The notes under the pieces are model-generated. The model had not been told where the DNA came from. It saw only the letters and a list, made by a program, of their open reading frames with translations, and searched no databases. Position numbers and translations under genes: made by a program. From assembly GCA_963717145.1 (NCBI GenBank), contig OY970325.1:704001-768000 (forward strand): DNA of 64,000 nt, in the 5' to 3' direction. Position 1 is the first letter of the stretch; each line of letters starts with the position of its first letter. Of this stretch, positions 38,007 to 48,640 are shown one piece after another. The DNA is from an uncultured Armatimonadetes bacterium (lineage in GTDB: Bacteria; Armatimonadota; UBA5829; DTJY01).

Positions 38007-39595
38007 ATGCCGAAGGTACTGGTTAGCGACCCAATTGCTAAGGAAGGGATCGAGATTCTCCGGAAGTACTTCGACGTCGACGTCAAGACCGGGATGGAGA
38101 AGGACCAACTCATCGCGTGTATCGGTGAGTACGACGCTCTGGCGGTTCGAAGCGAGACCAAGGTCACGGCGGATGTCCTGGAGGCCGCGAAGAACCTCAA
38201 GATCATCGGCCGAGCAGGCGTCGGGGTCGACAACATCGACGTGCCGGTTGCGACCCAGAAGGGCATCATAGTCGTCAACTCGCCGGCGGGCAACACCATC
38301 GCCGCCGCGGAGTTGACCATGGCGATGATGCTTTCCATGTCGCGGAACATCACTCAAGGCCACAATTCGCTCCGGGCCGGCGAGTGGAAGAGAAGCAAGT
38401 TTGTCGGCGTGGAACTCTATGGCAAGACGCTCGGTGTCTTCGGCCTCGGTAAGATCGGTTCGGAGGTCGCGAAGAGAGCGAAGAGCTTCGAGATGAACGT
38501 AATCGGATGCGACCCATTCGTATCCGACGACTATGCGAAGAGGCTCGGAATCGAACTGGTCAGCTTCGAGGACCTCCTGAAACGCAGCGACTACATAACG
38601 CTCCACGTCCCCGCGAACAAAGACACCAAGGGCTCGATCAACGCTGAACAGATCGCCATGATGAAGGACGGCGTGCGGATCGTCAATGTCGCGCGGGGCG
38701 GGATCATCGACGAGGCCGCGCTGTCGGAGGCCGTCAAGTCCGGCAAGGTTGCGGGCATCGCAATCGACGTATACTCCGCCGAGCCTCCCCCGCGGACAAC
38801 CCGCTCCTCTCGCTCGACAATGCAGTCACCACCCCGCACCTCGGGGCTTCGACCGAAGAGGCCCAGGTGAACGTTGCCATAGACATTTCCGAGCAGATCG
38901 TCGAAGTGCTGAACGGCAGGCCCGCCCGCAGCGCGGTCAACATGCCCGCACTGAGCGCCGAGGTGATGGCGGCGGTCAGCCCGTATCTCGTCCTCGGTGA
39001 GCGGGTCGGCGCGATGGTGACCCAGTTGGCGGAGGGACCCATCGAGGCGGTCGAGATCGCTTACTGCGGCGAAGTTTCCGCGTTGGAGACCGGCCCGGTC
39101 GGGCGCGCGGTGCTGAAAGGACTCTTCCAGCCGATCCTGACCGAGGCGGTCAACCTGGTCAATGCCCCGGTGATCGCCGAAGCGAGAGGCATCCGCGTGA
39201 CCGAGAGCAAGACGAAGGACTGCGAGGACTACACGAGTCTGCTCTCGGTAAAGGCCAAGGTCGGAAAGAACGAGGTCGTTGTCGCCGGCACGCTTTTCGG
39301 CAAGAAGGACATCCGGATCGTACATATCAACGGCTACTCGATCGACATCGTGCCCGCCGGTGCGATGCTTGTCACCACGCACATCGACAAGCCGGGCATC
39401 ATCGGGCGAGTTGGCACTCTCCTGGGCAGCCACAAGGTGAACATCGGCGGCATGCACGTCGGTCGCGAGGGTATCGGCAAGCTGGCGTTGATGCTCCTGA
39501 ACGTGGATGAGCCTGTGTCGGATGGTCTGGTCAAGGAGATCCACGACATGGACGGCATCGAGAGCGCCAAGCAGGTGCAGTTCGCCCAGATCTAG
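38007..39595 (+). CDS. serA: D-3-phosphoglycerate dehydrogenase (long ASB+ACT type); one-base deletion in a C run, probably a sequencing error
   Basis: GRAGVGVDNID, GLGKIG, VNVARG. Adding one C at 38787-38791 restores PADNPLL...TPHLGASTEEAQ and joins the DKPGIIG..G ACT part. Confidence 0.93.
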
Positions 39596-39636
39596 CCGAC
39601 AGGATCACCCGTGAGAGGCAGATAGCATGCGAGTCA

Positions 39637-39684
39637 TGGCCCATCGGATTCCGCTCGAACCGGAACGATGGGCCGTTTCTTTCT
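39637..39684 (+). terminator. Terminator after serA
   Basis: GGCCCATCG...CGATGGGCC followed by TTTCTTTCT. Confidence 0.6.
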
Positions 39685-39691
39685 GGTGACC

Positions 39692-39837
39692 GTAGTGGCC
39701 GTGCCTCAGCGCCAGACCTCCGAGGTAGCTGGCCGGCACTGAGGCACGGCCACTACACGGCGAGTGATCGGTAGGGGAGAAGCATTGGCCCATCGGACTG
39801 CACCAATCTGCGGCAGCAGCAGCCAATGGTTCGCCCC
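39692..39837. repeat. Adjacent REP doublets of families B and A
   Basis: Family B at 39692-39756; family A (degenerate right arm) at 39771-39837. Confidence 0.88.
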
Positions 39838-39863
39838 GTTTGGGTATGAATAGGAGTACGACC

Positions 39864-40862
39864 GTGGATTTGACGAATCGAGAACGATTTCGGCGAGTGC
39901 TGAACTTCGAGCCTGTCGATCGGCTGCCGGTCATGGAGTGGGCGCCGTGGTGGGACAAGACCATCGCCCGATGGTACGAGGAGGGCCTTCCCAGGGACAT
40001 CACCGACGGCTACATGATCCGCGAGTACTTTGGGATGGACCGGCATGTCCAGTTCTGGTTCTCGCCGATGAAGCCGGGATGCCCCCGCGCGCCCGGACAC
40101 GGCCTGCCGATCGTGAACAACATCGACGAGTACCGTGCGGTCAAGCAGCACCTCTACCCCGATTGTCCTTTCGACCCGGCGCAGATCAAGTCGTTGGCCG
40201 AGAAGCAGGCGTCCGGCGACCTGGTGATCTGGATCACGATCGACGGCTTTTTCTGGTGGCCGCGCGTGCTCTTGGGGATCGAGCCGCACCTCTACGCCTT
40301 CTACGACCAGCCGGAACTTATGCATGAGATCAATGAGGACCTGCTGGCTTTTGAGCAGCGCACGATGGACCAGATCTGCGAGATCTGCGTGCCCGACTTC
40401 ATGACCTTCGCTGAGGACATGTCTTACAATCACGGGCCGATGCTCTCCCGCGTGCAGTTCGATGAGTTCCTTGCGCCGTACTACCGCCGGATCACATACT
40501 CGCTCCAGGATCGGGGGACTATCGTCTACCTCGACACCGACGGCGACGTGACCAAGCCGGTGAGCTGGTACGAGGAGGTCGGCATCCAGGGCTTCCTGCC
40601 GCTCGAACGGATGGCGGGAGTCGATGTCAACCAGCTCAGACGGGACCATCCGACGCTCAGGATGCTTGGGGCATACGATAAGACCGTCATGCACCTGGGC
40701 GAGGAGCGCATCCGACAGGAGTTCGAGCGCCTCATGCCCGCGATGAAGCAGGGCGGGTTCATCGTGTCGGTCGATCACCAGACGCCGCCGGAGGTCTCGC
40801 TCGACCAGTACCGCCAGTGGCTCGGTCTCCTGCGCGAATACTGCGAGAAAGCGGTAACGTAA
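39864..40862 (+). CDS. Uroporphyrinogen decarboxylase (UroD/MtaA-like) family protein
   Basis: TNRERF...PVDRLP, AEDMSYNHGPMLS, DTDGD, GGFIVSVDH. Confidence 0.85.
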   Translation: MDLTNRERFRRVLNFEPVDRLPVMEWAPWWDKTIARWYEEGLPRDITDGYMIREYFGMDRHVQFWFSPMKPGCPRAPGHGLPIVNNIDEYRAVKQHLYPDCPFDPAQIKSLAEKQASGDLVIWITIDGFFWWPRVLLGIEPHLYAFYDQPELMHEINEDLLAFEQRTMDQICEICVPDFMTFAEDMSYNHGPMLSRVQFDEFLAPYYRRITYSLQDRGTIVYLDTDGDVTKPVSWYEEVGIQGFLPLERMAGVDVNQLRRDHPTLRMLGAYDKTVMHLGEERIRQEFERLMPAMKQGGFIVSVDHQTPPEVSLDQYRQWLGLLREYCEKAVT

Positions 40863-40863
40863 A

Positions 40864-42312
40864 ATGGCCCATTTCACCCATCGCTCGTGCTACGTGAACT
40901 TCGCCGAACACCTGCAGAACCACTGGAACCCGAACATGTACTACCCCGGCGCGCCGAACCGCTGGTCGATGGATGACTGGACGCGTTTCCTCAAGATGCT
41001 CGATGCGTTCGGCTTCAACTGCTTCGAGTACTGGCTCGTCCCGACGCTCTACGACCGCCCGGTGCTCGACGGCGGCGGAATCTACGCCGAGTTCGCCTCC
41101 ACAATGCGCCGGGTCAATGAGATCGCGCACGAACTGGGCATGAAGACCAAGATCATCAACCCGCCGAACACCATCGGCCCGGACTGGTTCTTCGCCTGCC
41201 CGAATGTCCCCGAGGAAAGAAAGCTGATCCTCGACATCTGGCGGCACTGGATGACCGAATTGGCCGGCACGGACATCATCGGCATCTTCCCCGGCGACCC
41301 CGGAGGATGCAATCGGTTCGGCTGCACACACGAGACATACATCGACCTCTGCCTCGACCTGACCGAGATCGTCAAAGAGGTGAATTCTCACGCGCGGACG
41401 GAGATCGGTACGTGGGGCACACCGTTCTCCGGATGGGGCAAGGACCTGTGGAACGTCCCGAACTGGGACGGCACGTGGGACATGCTGGTCGAGGCGAAGA
41501 ATGCCACGCCCGAGACGCCGGTCGCCATCTGGAACGGGAAGCCTCCGCGCGCAAAGGCGGCGATGGAATTCCTCATCAAGCGCCTCCCCGACTTCCCGAA
41601 GGACACGATGGTGGCGATCAACCTCGGCTTCAGCCCCGATGGTGACGCCACTTATGGAGGCGACGCGCGCCCGTATGCCCGCGAGATAGCGAAGGTCAGG
41701 CCGATCACTACGTGGGACTACTCGGCCGCCGAGGGTGAACTGATCAACTACCCGCACTGGCGGCTTCCCAGAATGGCATCTCGTCGGCGTGAGGAGCGCG
41801 CGTGCGGCTACTCCGGCGGGATGTCGTACACGATGACGCCGAAGCTCAACCTGCTGAGCCATTATGCCGCCGGTCGGTTCTTCATCGACCCTGACGCCGA
41901 CCCGGACGCGGTCTCGAAGGAGTTTTGCGTCAAGGTATTCGGCAAGGAACATGCCGAGATGGGCGAGCTTTTCGAGGCGTTCGAGGTCGTGCAGGGGTGG
42001 GGGCACTATCCCCGACGCAAGTGGTCGAAGGATGCGCTCATCGAGAAGTACGACCTGATGATCGAGCACCTGGAGGCCGCGGACATGTCGAAGTGCGCGC
42101 TCCCGCTCTTCCCCGACCCGGAGACCTACCGCCAGGACCTGCTCTGGTTCGGGCGCAGGTTCCGCGAGATGGCTGGCCCGAATCCGGACCGCGAGCGCAT
42201 TCGGAAGGAGTACTGGGAGAAGTCGCTCTCGATCTACGACTCGATCCGCATGTCCGTCGACGAGCGAGCCCACGCCGCCGCCCAGGGTTTCTCCCAGATC
42301 CTTTCCACCTGA
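40864..42312 (+). CDS. Hypothetical protein, possibly a TIM-barrel glycoside hydrolase-like fold
   Basis: Long ORF with strong GC3 bias; WSMDDW.RFL.ML...GFN and FPGDPGG. Confidence 0.7.
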   Translation: MAHFTHRSCYVNFAEHLQNHWNPNMYYPGAPNRWSMDDWTRFLKMLDAFGFNCFEYWLVPTLYDRPVLDGGGIYAEFASTMRRVNEIAHELGMKTKIINPPNTIGPDWFFACPNVPEERKLILDIWRHWMTELAGTDIIGIFPGDPGGCNRFGCTHETYIDLCLDLTEIVKEVNSHARTEIGTWGTPFSGWGKDLWNVPNWDGTWDMLVEAKNATPETPVAIWNGKPPRAKAAMEFLIKRLPDFPKDTMVAINLGFSPDGDATYGGDARPYAREIAKVRPITTWDYSAAEGELINYPHWRLPRMASRRREERACGYSGGMSYTMTPKLNLLSHYAAGRFFIDPDADPDAVSKEFCVKVFGKEHAEMGELFEAFEVVQGWGHYPRRKWSKDALIEKYDLMIEHLEAADMSKCALPLFPDPETYRQDLLWFGRRFREMAGPNPDRERIRKEYWEKSLSIYDSIRMSVDERAHAAAQGFSQILST

Positions 42313-42337
42313 TCATACTCGTACTCGGAGGATCGAA

Positions 42338-44500
42338 GTGACACGAATCCGATCAGCATTGGCGACCAAGACCTTATCGGCATTGACGGTGTACGTTCTT
42401 CTGAGCCTCCTGCACTCACCGGCGCTTGCCGACCACGTCGATGATCTCGTCGCAGGGCTCTTGACGAGCGATCCGAATCAGAGGATGGGGCTAATAATGG
42501 CACTCGAGAGGGCAAAGGACCCCAGGGCCCTACAGCCGCTGATCGAGCTGCTCGGCGATCGGCAGGTCGGTTATTTTGCTGCAAGGGCACTGGCGGCCAT
42601 CGGGAGCCCGGCCGTCGATCCACTGATCGGCCGCCTTTCATCGCCAAGTGTCCATATCAGGGTCAATGCCATCGTAGCACTCGGGATAATAGGCGATGAG
42701 CAGGCAACCGAACCGCTCCTCGGATTGCTGAAGGATAAGAACGACCAAGTACGCGCCGTGGCCACTCGCGCACTGGGGTTCTCCAAGTCAGAGCAGGTTA
42801 CTCAGACCCTCATTAGCCTTTTCAGAAGCAAAGCGGAAGATGAGCAGGTGAGACTGGCGGCGGCAGAGGCACTTGCATACAGCCAAGTTCCGAAAGCATT
42901 GGATGTGGTCCTGCCGGAATTACAGAAACCGGACAGCGTCTTCGCGGAATCGATCGCCGAGGTGCTCTCGGTGCGCTCAGTGGATGTGCATGTCATACGT
43001 GCACTGATCCTTGCGTCTATCGCCGAACATATCTCTGCCCGAACACTCGAGGACGGCTCGATGATAGCCGGTCCGGGAATCGTGGAGCCGTTAGTCTCTC
43101 TGCTTAAGGACGACAACCCTAAGGTACGCGAATACGCGGCTTCCGCCCTCAGGGCAAATCTGTCCCAGACCAAAGATACGAGGGCGCTCCAGCCGCTTAT
43201 CGCGACCCTGAACGATTCTGATCCACGAGTGCGCATGGCCTCAACTCTGGCGCTTGGCGTCTTGAAGGACAAGGCCGCCGTGCAACCACTTGTCGGCCTG
43301 TTGGCAGACGCCAGCAAAGAGGTTCGTAGGTTGGCCGTCAGCGCCCTGGCTGAGATCGAGGATCCGGCTGTCGTCTTGCCTATCTGCGCTTCTCTGAAAG
43401 ACCCGGATCCCTACGTCCGAAGGGAAGCGGCAGACGCCCTATCTATGCTGAAGGATCAGCGAAGTATCGGAGCGCTGTCTCAAGCGGCGAAGGACGCGAA
43501 CCCAGATGTGCGGCTCGGGGTGATAAGAGCGCTGGCCAATATGGAAACTCCGGAAACGGCGACTTCCCTTCTGAAAGCTCTCGGGGATAACAACTCAGGG
43601 ATAAGGGCCATGGCTGCACGAGGACTGGGTTACATAGAAGACAAGAAAGCAGTCACTCCTCTAGTCACACTTCTCGATCATCGGGACGCAGAGGTCAGGG
43701 AGAGCGCCGCAAGCGCACTGGGGATGATCGGGGATAGCCGGGCCGTGCAGCCGTTGATCGCGCACTTGAAAGGCCATGACAAGGCGACCAGGGCACAGGC
43801 GGCTGCGGCGCTCGGCATGCTCAAGGCACGTGAGGCGGTCGAGCCGCTCTTCGAGATGATGCGCCTGTACCTGGTGAACCGTTCCGATGCGATCCACGCT
43901 CTTGGCGAGATAGGAGACACAGCTGCTGTGGAACCGCTCATCTCCGTGTTGGGGAACAAGCAGTTGACTCCAGAAACTCGGCGCGATGCTGCGGTCGCAC
44001 TCGGCAAGCTCGGAGACAGACGGTCAACTCCGGCACTGCTCGCAGCCATGAAGGGGAGCGAAGGGCCGGTTCAGGCAGGTGTGGTTGATGCGCTGGCCTA
44101 TCTGAAAGATCCCCAGTCCTTCGATGCCCTCGTGGGTGCCCTGAAGGTCGAAGGCTGGGGCATTCGCTGGAATGCCGCCTACGTTCTGTCGCTCCTTGAT
44201 GATCCACGGCTGGACCACGTGTTGATGCCTTACCTGGAGAGCGGTGACGTGGAGGTCATCTCGGGAGCGGACCAGTTTTTCATCAAGCGGGGACTCGAGA
44301 AGGCCATCCCATTTCTGATCGAGGGACTGGAGTTGACCTCGGGCGGCACTGACATGGCCGAGGCTTTTCTCCAGAGCGGACACCCGAAACTAGTGGAGGC
44401 GGCAACGGCATGGAGAGCACGACGTGGTGGTCACGTGTCAGAAGAGCACGACTCCTATGCGAAATGGGGCGAGGCGCGAAAGAAAGAGTACAGCCCATGA
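42338..44500 (+). CDS. Signal-peptide HEAT (PBS-lyase-type) repeat protein
   Basis: Many LxDxxxxVRxxAAxALGxIGD repeats after an N-terminal signal peptide. Confidence 0.88.
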   Translation: MTRIRSALATKTLSALTVYVLLSLLHSPALADHVDDLVAGLLTSDPNQRMGLIMALERAKDPRALQPLIELLGDRQVGYFAARALAAIGSPAVDPLIGRLSSPSVHIRVNAIVALGIIGDEQATEPLLGLLKDKNDQVRAVATRALGFSKSEQVTQTLISLFRSKAEDEQVRLAAAEALAYSQVPKALDVVLPELQKPDSVFAESIAEVLSVRSVDVHVIRALILASIAEHISARTLEDGSMIAGPGIVEPLVSLLKDDNPKVREYAASALRANLSQTKDTRALQPLIATLNDSDPRVRMASTLALGVLKDKAAVQPLVGLLADASKEVRRLAVSALAEIEDPAVVLPICASLKDPDPYVRREAADALSMLKDQRSIGALSQAAKDANPDVRLGVIRALANMETPETATSLLKALGDNNSGIRAMAARGLGYIEDKKAVTPLVTLLDHRDAEVRESAASALGMIGDSRAVQPLIAHLKGHDKATRAQAAAALGMLKAREAVEPLFEMMRLYLVNRSDAIHALGEIGDTAAVEPLISVLGNKQLTPETRRDAAVALGKLGDRRSTPALLAAMKGSEGPVQAGVVDALAYLKDPQSFDALVGALKVEGWGIRWNAAYVLSLLDDPRLDHVLMPYLESGDVEVISGADQFFIKRGLEKAIPFLIEGLELTSGGTDMAEAFLQSGHPKLVEAATAWRARRGGHVSEEHDSYAKWGEARKKEYSP

Positions 44501-45750
44501 CCACTTACTCTGAACCAGCGCACGATATACCGATAGCACGTGACGTGGACGTCGTCATCGTCGGCGGGGGACCGGCGGGATTGGCGGCGGCGATTGCATC
44601 GGCTCGGAACGGCGCGAGGACCGTGCTGGTCGAGCGGTTCGGATACCTCGGTGGCACGGCGACGGCATCGCTGATGGCGTGCATCAACGGATTTCGCAAC
44701 CAGGTCGAGCCGGACGCCACCCAGACCGTTCGCGGAATCGCCGAGGAGATCGTCCTCGGACTGAAGGAGATCGATGGGCTCGGCAAGAGTCCCTATCCCC
44801 AGAAGGCTTATCCCACCGAGCCGGGTCAACTCGAATACAGCTATGCCATCGACACCGAGAAGTTCAAGTTTCTGTGCCTCAAGTTGTGCGGAGATGCACA
44901 GGTGGACATCATGTTCCACACGTGGTTCAGCGCGCCGATCGTCGAGGACGGCGCGGTCATCGGCGTCATCGTCGAGAACAAGTCCGGTCGGCAGGCGCTC
45001 ATGGCGCGGGTCGTCGTCGATGCGAGCGGCGACGGCGATGTAGCCGCTCGGGCCGGCGCTCCGTTCTGGCAGACCCGCAAGGACGAGGCGCCGCGCTTGA
45101 ATGACAGCCTGATGTACCGCATCGAGTTCGGCATCGACCGCCCGGATGGCACTTTCGCCTGCGACTTCGGCTCGAACGCGGTCGTCTGGGGGCCGGGTAT
45201 CGGGCCGATCGACGGCACGAACGCCGATGAGCTTTCTCAGGCAGAGGTGTCAGCGCGGCTGAGGGTCTACGAGGACTTCGCGGCAAAGCAGGCCCAGCAT
45301 CCCGAGCTTGCCGGTTCGAGGGTCGTTGAGACTCCGCCGCTGCTCGGCATCCGGCAGACGCGGTTCATCGAGGGCGAGTACAGGCTGACGGCGGACGATG
45401 CGATCAGCGGCCGGCGGTTCGACGACGTGGTGGCGATCAGCTCGTGCCCGATCATCCATTACTACGGCTATCGGCGCTACCTCGAGCACGAGGGCTACGA
45501 CATCCCGTATCGATGCCTCGTGCCGTTGAAGATCGACGGCCTGCTCGTGGCCGGGCGATGCATCTCCAGCGAGCAGGAGCCCTATGAGTCCCACCGCGCG
45601 ATGGTCCCGATCATGGCGATCGGTGAGGCGGCGGGAACTGCGGCGGCTCTTTCGGCGCGATCGGGCGTCAAGCCACGGGATCTGGGCGTACAGACGCTCC
45701 AGGACATGCTGATCGCCCAAGGCGTCGAGCTGCGTCGGCTGTCATTCTGA
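44497..45750 (+). CDS. FAD-dependent oxidoreductase (FAD_oxidored family)
   Basis: DVVIVGGGPAG, LGGTAT, DASGDGD, IPYRCLVP, LLVAGRCIS, GEAAGTAA. Confidence 0.92.
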   Translation: MTTYSEPAHDIPIARDVDVVIVGGGPAGLAAAIASARNGARTVLVERFGYLGGTATASLMACINGFRNQVEPDATQTVRGIAEEIVLGLKEIDGLGKSPYPQKAYPTEPGQLEYSYAIDTEKFKFLCLKLCGDAQVDIMFHTWFSAPIVEDGAVIGVIVENKSGRQALMARVVVDASGDGDVAARAGAPFWQTRKDEAPRLNDSLMYRIEFGIDRPDGTFACDFGSNAVVWGPGIGPIDGTNADELSQAEVSARLRVYEDFAAKQAQHPELAGSRVVETPPLLGIRQTRFIEGEYRLTADDAISGRRFDDVVAISSCPIIHYYGYRRYLEHEGYDIPYRCLVPLKIDGLLVAGRCISSEQEPYESHRAMVPIMAIGEAAGTAAALSARSGVKPRDLGVQTLQDMLIAQGVELRRLSF

Positions 45751-45811
45751 GAGGAGCGAAGAATCTGGCGACGATGGAGGACCAGATTCTTCACTCCGCT
45801 CAGAATGACAG
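45739..45811. repeat. Palindromic repeat family D (CTGTCATTCTGA...GAAGAATCT / AGATTCTTC...CAGAATGACAG)
   Basis: Second copy at 55355-55440; contains the stop codon of the FAD oxidoreductase. Confidence 0.85.
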
Positions 45812-45842
45812 TGTTATCTGTGACAGAGAGCCTGCCGTTAGA

Positions 45843-45871
45843 TTGACACTTGGCCTCTGATCTGGTAGGAT
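45843..45871 (+). promoter_or_regulatory. Sigma70-type promoter
   Basis: TTGACA-17 nt-TAGGAT. Confidence 0.7.
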
Positions 45872-46154
45872 TGCGATAGGAAACAAGCTCTGAAGACGTG
45901 TGTGGGGTATGCATTAAGTTGCGATAGCAGCCGGTGCCGCTCCGGCTGCTATCGCGCCTATGGAGAGAGGTGACCGCATAGCATCCGTTCTGGCTTTCGC
46001 CAAAACGAGCAGGGCACCGGATGCCGTTGGTACGTCGTCCGAAGCACTTTTGCTATAATCGGTACTCCTGATTGTTACCCAGCTTTGCGGAAAGTAAAAC
46101 GTCAACCGTGCGAAGAAATTCATCGACCGCATGATCGAAGGAGGCTCGAAGGAA

Positions 46155-46412
46155 ATGCAGGTTGACCTGGCGACAATCGAAGACCAGATGACGCTCGGGA
46201 AGAGCTTCAAGATCAAGTACAGATATCCTCAGGAGACCCGCACGAACAGGGACCTCTACGGGATCCGCAGCGACAGGTTGATGGACGTTTCGAAGGAGTT
46301 GGGCCGCTTCTACACACTCTTCCGCGGGGAGACTCCGATCTGGATCGAGGAAGACGAGCTTATCGAGATCGGCCCGGACGACGGCATCTATGAGGAGTTC
46401 GACGAGGAGTAG
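46155..46412 (+). CDS. Small acidic hypothetical protein
   Basis: AAGGAGG RBS upstream, coding-like GC3, acidic tail. Confidence 0.7.
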   Translation: MQVDLATIEDQMTLGKSFKIKYRYPQETRTNRDLYGIRSDRLMDVSKELGRFYTLFRGETPIWIEEDELIEIGPDDGIYEEFDEE

Positions 46413-46415
46413 CCC

Positions 46416-47171
46416 TCATCCCGCCGCTGCCACGAATGCGCTGAACAGAGCCTTGCACGGCTCGTAGACGTACCGATCCGCCTGCCTCTCAGGATGCCAC
46501 TGTACTGCGATCGCCCACGGGTGATCCGTCGCCTCGATCGCCTCCACGATTCCATCCGGCGCGAATGCCGATGCCTTCAGCTTGGGTGACAGCTCCTTGA
46601 GCGTGATCCCTTGATGATGCCTGCTGTTGACGACGCACGGCCAGGTCCACATGATGTGGTAGAATCGGCTGTTCAGATCGACGCAGACCGCGTGCATTGC
46701 GCTCTCACCCGGCTCATGTTCGGGCGCATCTTCGTCTTTGTACGCCGGATGACGCAGTCCGGTGCGGATGTCCTTGATGAGAGTGCCTCCGAGCGCCACG
46801 TTGAAGACCTGTAAACCCTTGCATATCCCGAACATCGGCAGCTTTCGCTCGTAGGCCAACTGCGCGAGTGGTATCTCGAAGGCATCGCGCTCAGGTGTGC
46901 AGGTCATCCGGTACTCGGCGAGTAGGTCGTGGGTTGATAGACATTCGTCGCCGGGATTGGTGCGCGAGGGGTAGAAGTCGGGGTGGATGTCCCATCCGCC
47001 GGTGAACAGGATCCCGTCGAAACGCTCGATGACCTCAGCCAGCTCCCCCGGGGAGGTCTGCGTCATGTCGAGAAACTCCGGCCTCCCGCCCGCGAGTTCG
47101 ATCGCTGCTGGGTACTTGCCGTACTCCTCGATCGTCCGCCCCGCCGTGATTCCGATAAGTGGCTTGCGCAT
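46416..47171 (-). CDS. Gamma-glutamyl-GABA hydrolase / peptidase C26 family
   Basis: MRKPLIGIT, DGILFTGG.D, GICKGLQ, VNSRHHQ, VQWHPE. Confidence 0.92.
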   Translation of the reverse strand: MRKPLIGITAGRTIEEYGKYPAAIELAGGRPEFLDMTQTSPGELAEVIERFDGILFTGGWDIHPDFYPSRTNPGDECLSTHDLLAEYRMTCTPERDAFEIPLAQLAYERKLPMFGICKGLQVFNVALGGTLIKDIRTGLRHPAYKDEDAPEHEPGESAMHAVCVDLNSRFYHIMWTWPCVVNSRHHQGITLKELSPKLKASAFAPDGIVEAIEATDHPWAIAVQWHPERQADRYVYEPCKALFSAFVAAAG

Positions 47172-47273
47172 CTGTCCATCTCCGACGAACAGGATACCAG
47201 AGAGAATCCGTTTCCGCAACCCCCACGCTGTCGCACATGTATGGCAAACGAAGACGTGAGGCAATTCGCCGGG

Positions 47274-48631
47274 CGTGTTGCCTCATTTAACTTTGTTACC
47301 GAAACGCCATTCGTTGCGTCATTGATAATGTTACCAAGTAGTGTGTTCAAGTATGTCAGATCGGCTCTTGATCGCCGCTCAGGGCCGCGCCTTGCTCGCT
47401 TTCGATCTGTCTTTGTTCGGCATCCTGTCAAGCTTTGATGATAGCCTGTGGATGCGTCTTAGTAGCTCCACCGGGTTCGTCGCTCTACGTTCTTTATCGA
47501 GGCGATCCTTTGCTTCATCGTCAAGCCATCCTTCAACACTTATCAGCTTGCGGTACGGCGTCATCGCAGGCTCATAGCGTTTGATCACTTTACTCCCAAT
47601 CCGCTCCTTTTCTTTAAGACGCATCATGGGCTGACAGAAGTTGTGATACGCCACGATCAGCGGATATATCGCCTTTAGTACCGCAAGCTGCTCGTCCGTC
47701 TCGAATCGCCGGTAACCTATAAACTGCCGGACTACGCTCCAGTTCTTCTGCTCTACATGACATTGATCGTTCTTCTTGTAAGGCCGACTGCGCGTAAACG
47801 TGATCCTGTGCGCTCGACAGTACTTGTTCATGTGATGGTTGATGAACTCGCCGCCGTTGTCGGTATCTATGCCTCTGACTGCAAACGGTGCGCTCTTGGA
47901 CGCGGACTGCACCGCAAGCACGGTTCCGTGCTCCCCTCGGCCTTTCATTCCATCAAGCGCTACCCATCCGGTCGCTACATCAGTCATAGTCAAAGTATAC
48001 AGGAACTCTCCGCTCCCGTCACCTCCGCAATGACCCACCAAGTCCATCTCGAAGAACCCAGGCTCAGCTTCATCCCAGTCGGCAAACGTCCTCACCGGGA
48101 TCTGAGACCGAAGCAGTGTCCCCGGCTTTGTTAAGGTCCTCCCTGTTAGCGATAGGGCAGACCGCTCCTTCTTCATCAACCTGTCGATGCTCGACGCGCT
48201 GATCGAGTTAAGCAGCCTCTCTTCTTCTGGTGTAACCGTTATCTCCCCGAATGACTCCAGTATGGGTAGAAACTCAGTCAGAAACGGCTGCAGACGCTTA
48301 CCGCACGCGTAGAAACTCGCAGCCCAGAGTGTCTTCAGCTTGTGGGCTATCGGCTCGTATTTCGACTTCCTTGCGCGTCTCACTGGACTCCTCGCTGGTG
48401 GAACTCCTTTCGCGAACAGCCTCACCAGCGACTTCCTGTGGTAACCGGTCAATCCCTGGACTTCACTCAATACCAGCTTCTTCTCCGATTTGGTGGCTTT
48501 GCCATATTCTTTGCGTTTGCGCCTCACGACTTCTCTTACGGATGCAGTTGTCATCTTCTCCATGCCTCAGTTTCGGTAACATTCTTATCTGAGGCAACGT
48601 TTCCGTTTCGGTAACATCGTTCGTGAAGCAA
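47274..48631 (-). mobile_element. Insertion sequence with rve-type DDE transposase and doubled subterminal motifs
   Basis: Two GGTAACA-N7/8-TGA[G/C/A]GCAA motifs at each end in inverted orientation (47277-47335; 48571-48631), flanking direct repeat, and lower GC than neighbours. Exact termini are uncertain. Confidence 0.85.
47379..48563 (-). CDS. DDE-type integrase/transposase (rve core)
   Basis: TGYHRKS, EMDLVGHCG, DVATGW, DTDNGGEF, SRPYKKNDQCHVEQKN, TPY. Confidence 0.92.
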   Translation of the reverse strand: MEKMTTASVREVVRRKRKEYGKATKSEKKLVLSEVQGLTGYHRKSLVRLFAKGVPPARSPVRRARKSKYEPIAHKLKTLWAASFYACGKRLQPFLTEFLPILESFGEITVTPEEERLLNSISASSIDRLMKKERSALSLTGRTLTKPGTLLRSQIPVRTFADWDEAEPGFFEMDLVGHCGGDGSGEFLYTLTMTDVATGWVALDGMKGRGEHGTVLAVQSASKSAPFAVRGIDTDNGGEFINHHMNKYCRAHRITFTRSRPYKKNDQCHVEQKNWSVVRQFIGYRRFETDEQLAVLKAIYPLIVAYHNFCQPMMRLKEKERIGSKVIKRYEPAMTPYRKLISVEGWLDDEAKDRLDKERRATNPVELLRRIHRLSSKLDRMPNKDRSKASKARP

Positions 48632-48640
48632 TTCGCCGGG

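Noticed and set aside
38780..38880. Split serA as two genes
   Set aside because: One missing C in a C run restores the catalytic TPHLGAS segment and a full-length protein.
45960..46100. c-di-GMP-I or glycine riboswitch
   Set aside because: A GAAA tetraloop and CGCAAAGC occur, but not in the required order, and the other conserved motifs are absent.
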